DNA from: an uncultured Eubacteriales bacterium | Lineage (GTDB): Bacteria; Bacillota; Clostridia; Oscillospirales; UBA644 | NCBI GenBank assembly: GCA_934454405.1 | Contig: CAKSFN010000011.1 | Coordinates: forward strand, 26,582 to 90,581 | Length of the DNA stretch: 64,000 nucleotides | Reading direction: 5' to 3' | In this document: positions 63,284 to 64,000 of the stretch, piece by piece | How the letters are laid out: the number at the start of each line of letters is the position of its first letter | How positions within the stretch are numbered: the first letter of the stretch is position 1 | Position numbers and translations under genes: made by a program | The notes under the pieces: model-generated | The model's input: the letters and a program-made list of their open reading frames with translations, nothing else | Told to the model about the DNA's origin: nothing | The model's database searches: none

Positions 63284-64000
63284 GTGCGAAAATTCAATTA
63301 TTCGGCTTTGCGCGATATGAAATGGGACACCGAGGTGTTGGGGCTTATTTCGGAAATATACAAATATGAGGGCAGACAGGAGATCTTTCTGCAAAAAAGA
63401 CCGCATGACATCGAAAAACTTGTTGAGATAGCAAAAATCCAAAGCACGGAAACATCCAACGCGATAGAGGGGATAGTTTCTACAAACACGCGTATACGCA
63501 GCCTTGTTGCGGAAAAGACCTCGCCGCGCAACAGAGACGAGCAGGAGATCGCGGGCTACCGTGACGCCCTGAATGTTATACATGATAATTTTGACGCGAT
63601 TCCCGTATCGCCGAACTATATTCTGCAACTGCACAAGATAATGTATTCGCATACGGCGAACCCGATGGCGGGAAAAATGAAGAATGTGCAGAACTTTATC
63701 AGCGCACGTTATGCGAACGGGCGAACGGAAACCGTTTTTGTTCCGCTCTCTCCGTTCGAAACTCCGGAAGCGCTCGCGAATATCTGCGAAGAGTTTTCAC
63801 GGGTCATCGGCAACGCCGAGGTCGAACCTCTGATTGCCATTCCGGTTTTTATCCACGATTTTCTTTGCATCCACCCTTTCAACGACGGCAACGGACGAAT
63901 GAGCCGACTGCTGACAACGCTTTTGCTTTATCGCTGCGGTTTTTATGTGGGAAAGTATATCTCGCTTGAAGCGAAGATAGGAAAGTCAAAAGACCTCTAT
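63284..64000 (+). CDS. Fic-family protein (class II, N-terminal inhibitory motif), 3'-truncated by the window end
   Basis: This open frame is not in the ORF track because it has no stop before the window end. GTG start at 63284 after GAGGTGA (alternative GTG at 63275). Fic motif HPFNDGNGRMSRLL. SNAIEG, upstream in the protein, matches the inhibitory motif (S/T)xxxE(G/N). Confidence 0.85.
   Translation, partial: MRKFNYSALRDMKWDTEVLGLISEIYKYEGRQEIFLQKRPHDIEKLVEIAKIQSTETSNAIEGIVSTNTRIRSLVAEKTSPRNRDEQEIAGYRDALNVIHDNFDAIPVSPNYILQLHKIMYSHTANPMAGKMKNVQNFISARYANGRTETVFVPLSPFETPEALANICEEFSRVIGNAEVEPLIAIPVFIHDFLCIHPFNDGNGRMSRLLTTLLLYRCGFYVGKYISLEAKIGKSKDLY

Noticed and set aside
1-64000. tRNA, rRNA, tmRNA, CRISPR arrays, IS elements and transposases.
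   Set aside because: I scanned the intergenic regions by eye for T-loop-like GGTTCGAATCC strings, regularly spaced repeats and transposase-like ORFs, and found none. A tRNAscan/Infernal run would be needed to exclude small RNAs rigorously.

Overview
A 64-kb chromosomal segment, about 50% GC by eye, from a spore-forming Firmicute. It looks Clostridia-like because it carries SipL/SPOCS-LysM, GerA-family, DHHW, DUF4358 and DUF4367 type genes. The backbone is conserved housekeeping synteny: hpf; trmH-dprA-topA-trmFO-plsX-acp-rnc plus a radical-SAM gene; htpG; and one long, tightly coupled plus-strand block, smc-ftsY-rdgB-yhbY-nadD-yqeK-rsfS-leuS. Accessory modules sit between these blocks:
- two tandem paralogous large secreted proteins next to a WG-repeat lipoprotein and a CapD/PglF-type dehydratase
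- a CzrA-like ArsR repressor with a P1B metal ATPase that has a His/Cys-rich repeat N-terminus
- an orphan GerA-family gene
- a THF riboswitch controlling folT-folC, translationally coupled to a 793-aa secreted lipoprotein and followed by an M29 aminopeptidase
- a Trp-specifier (UGG) T-box leader controlling a TrpXYZ-type ABC importer
- glycoside-hydrolase-like genes appended after leuS
- a DHHW/DUF4358 pair divergent from an ECF sigma/anti-sigma pair
- an orphan but motif-intact phage terminase large subunit plus an ArpU-like regulator
- a SipL-like spore morphogenesis gene
- a 3'-truncated class II Fic gene.

Many promoters are near-perfect sigma-A consensus with exactly 17-nt spacers. Several show that the longest ORFs in the supplied track over-extend the true 5' ends. 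I saw no rRNA, tRNA, CRISPR array, IS element or complete prophage by eye. The long ORFs antisense to real genes are judged spurious. No single locus is clearly a complete novel system. The best candidates for follow-up are the orphan TerL/ArpU locus with its adjacent AT-rich mosaic, the tandem secreted paralogs, the extended folate operon, and an ACP homolog lacking the phosphopantetheine serine.
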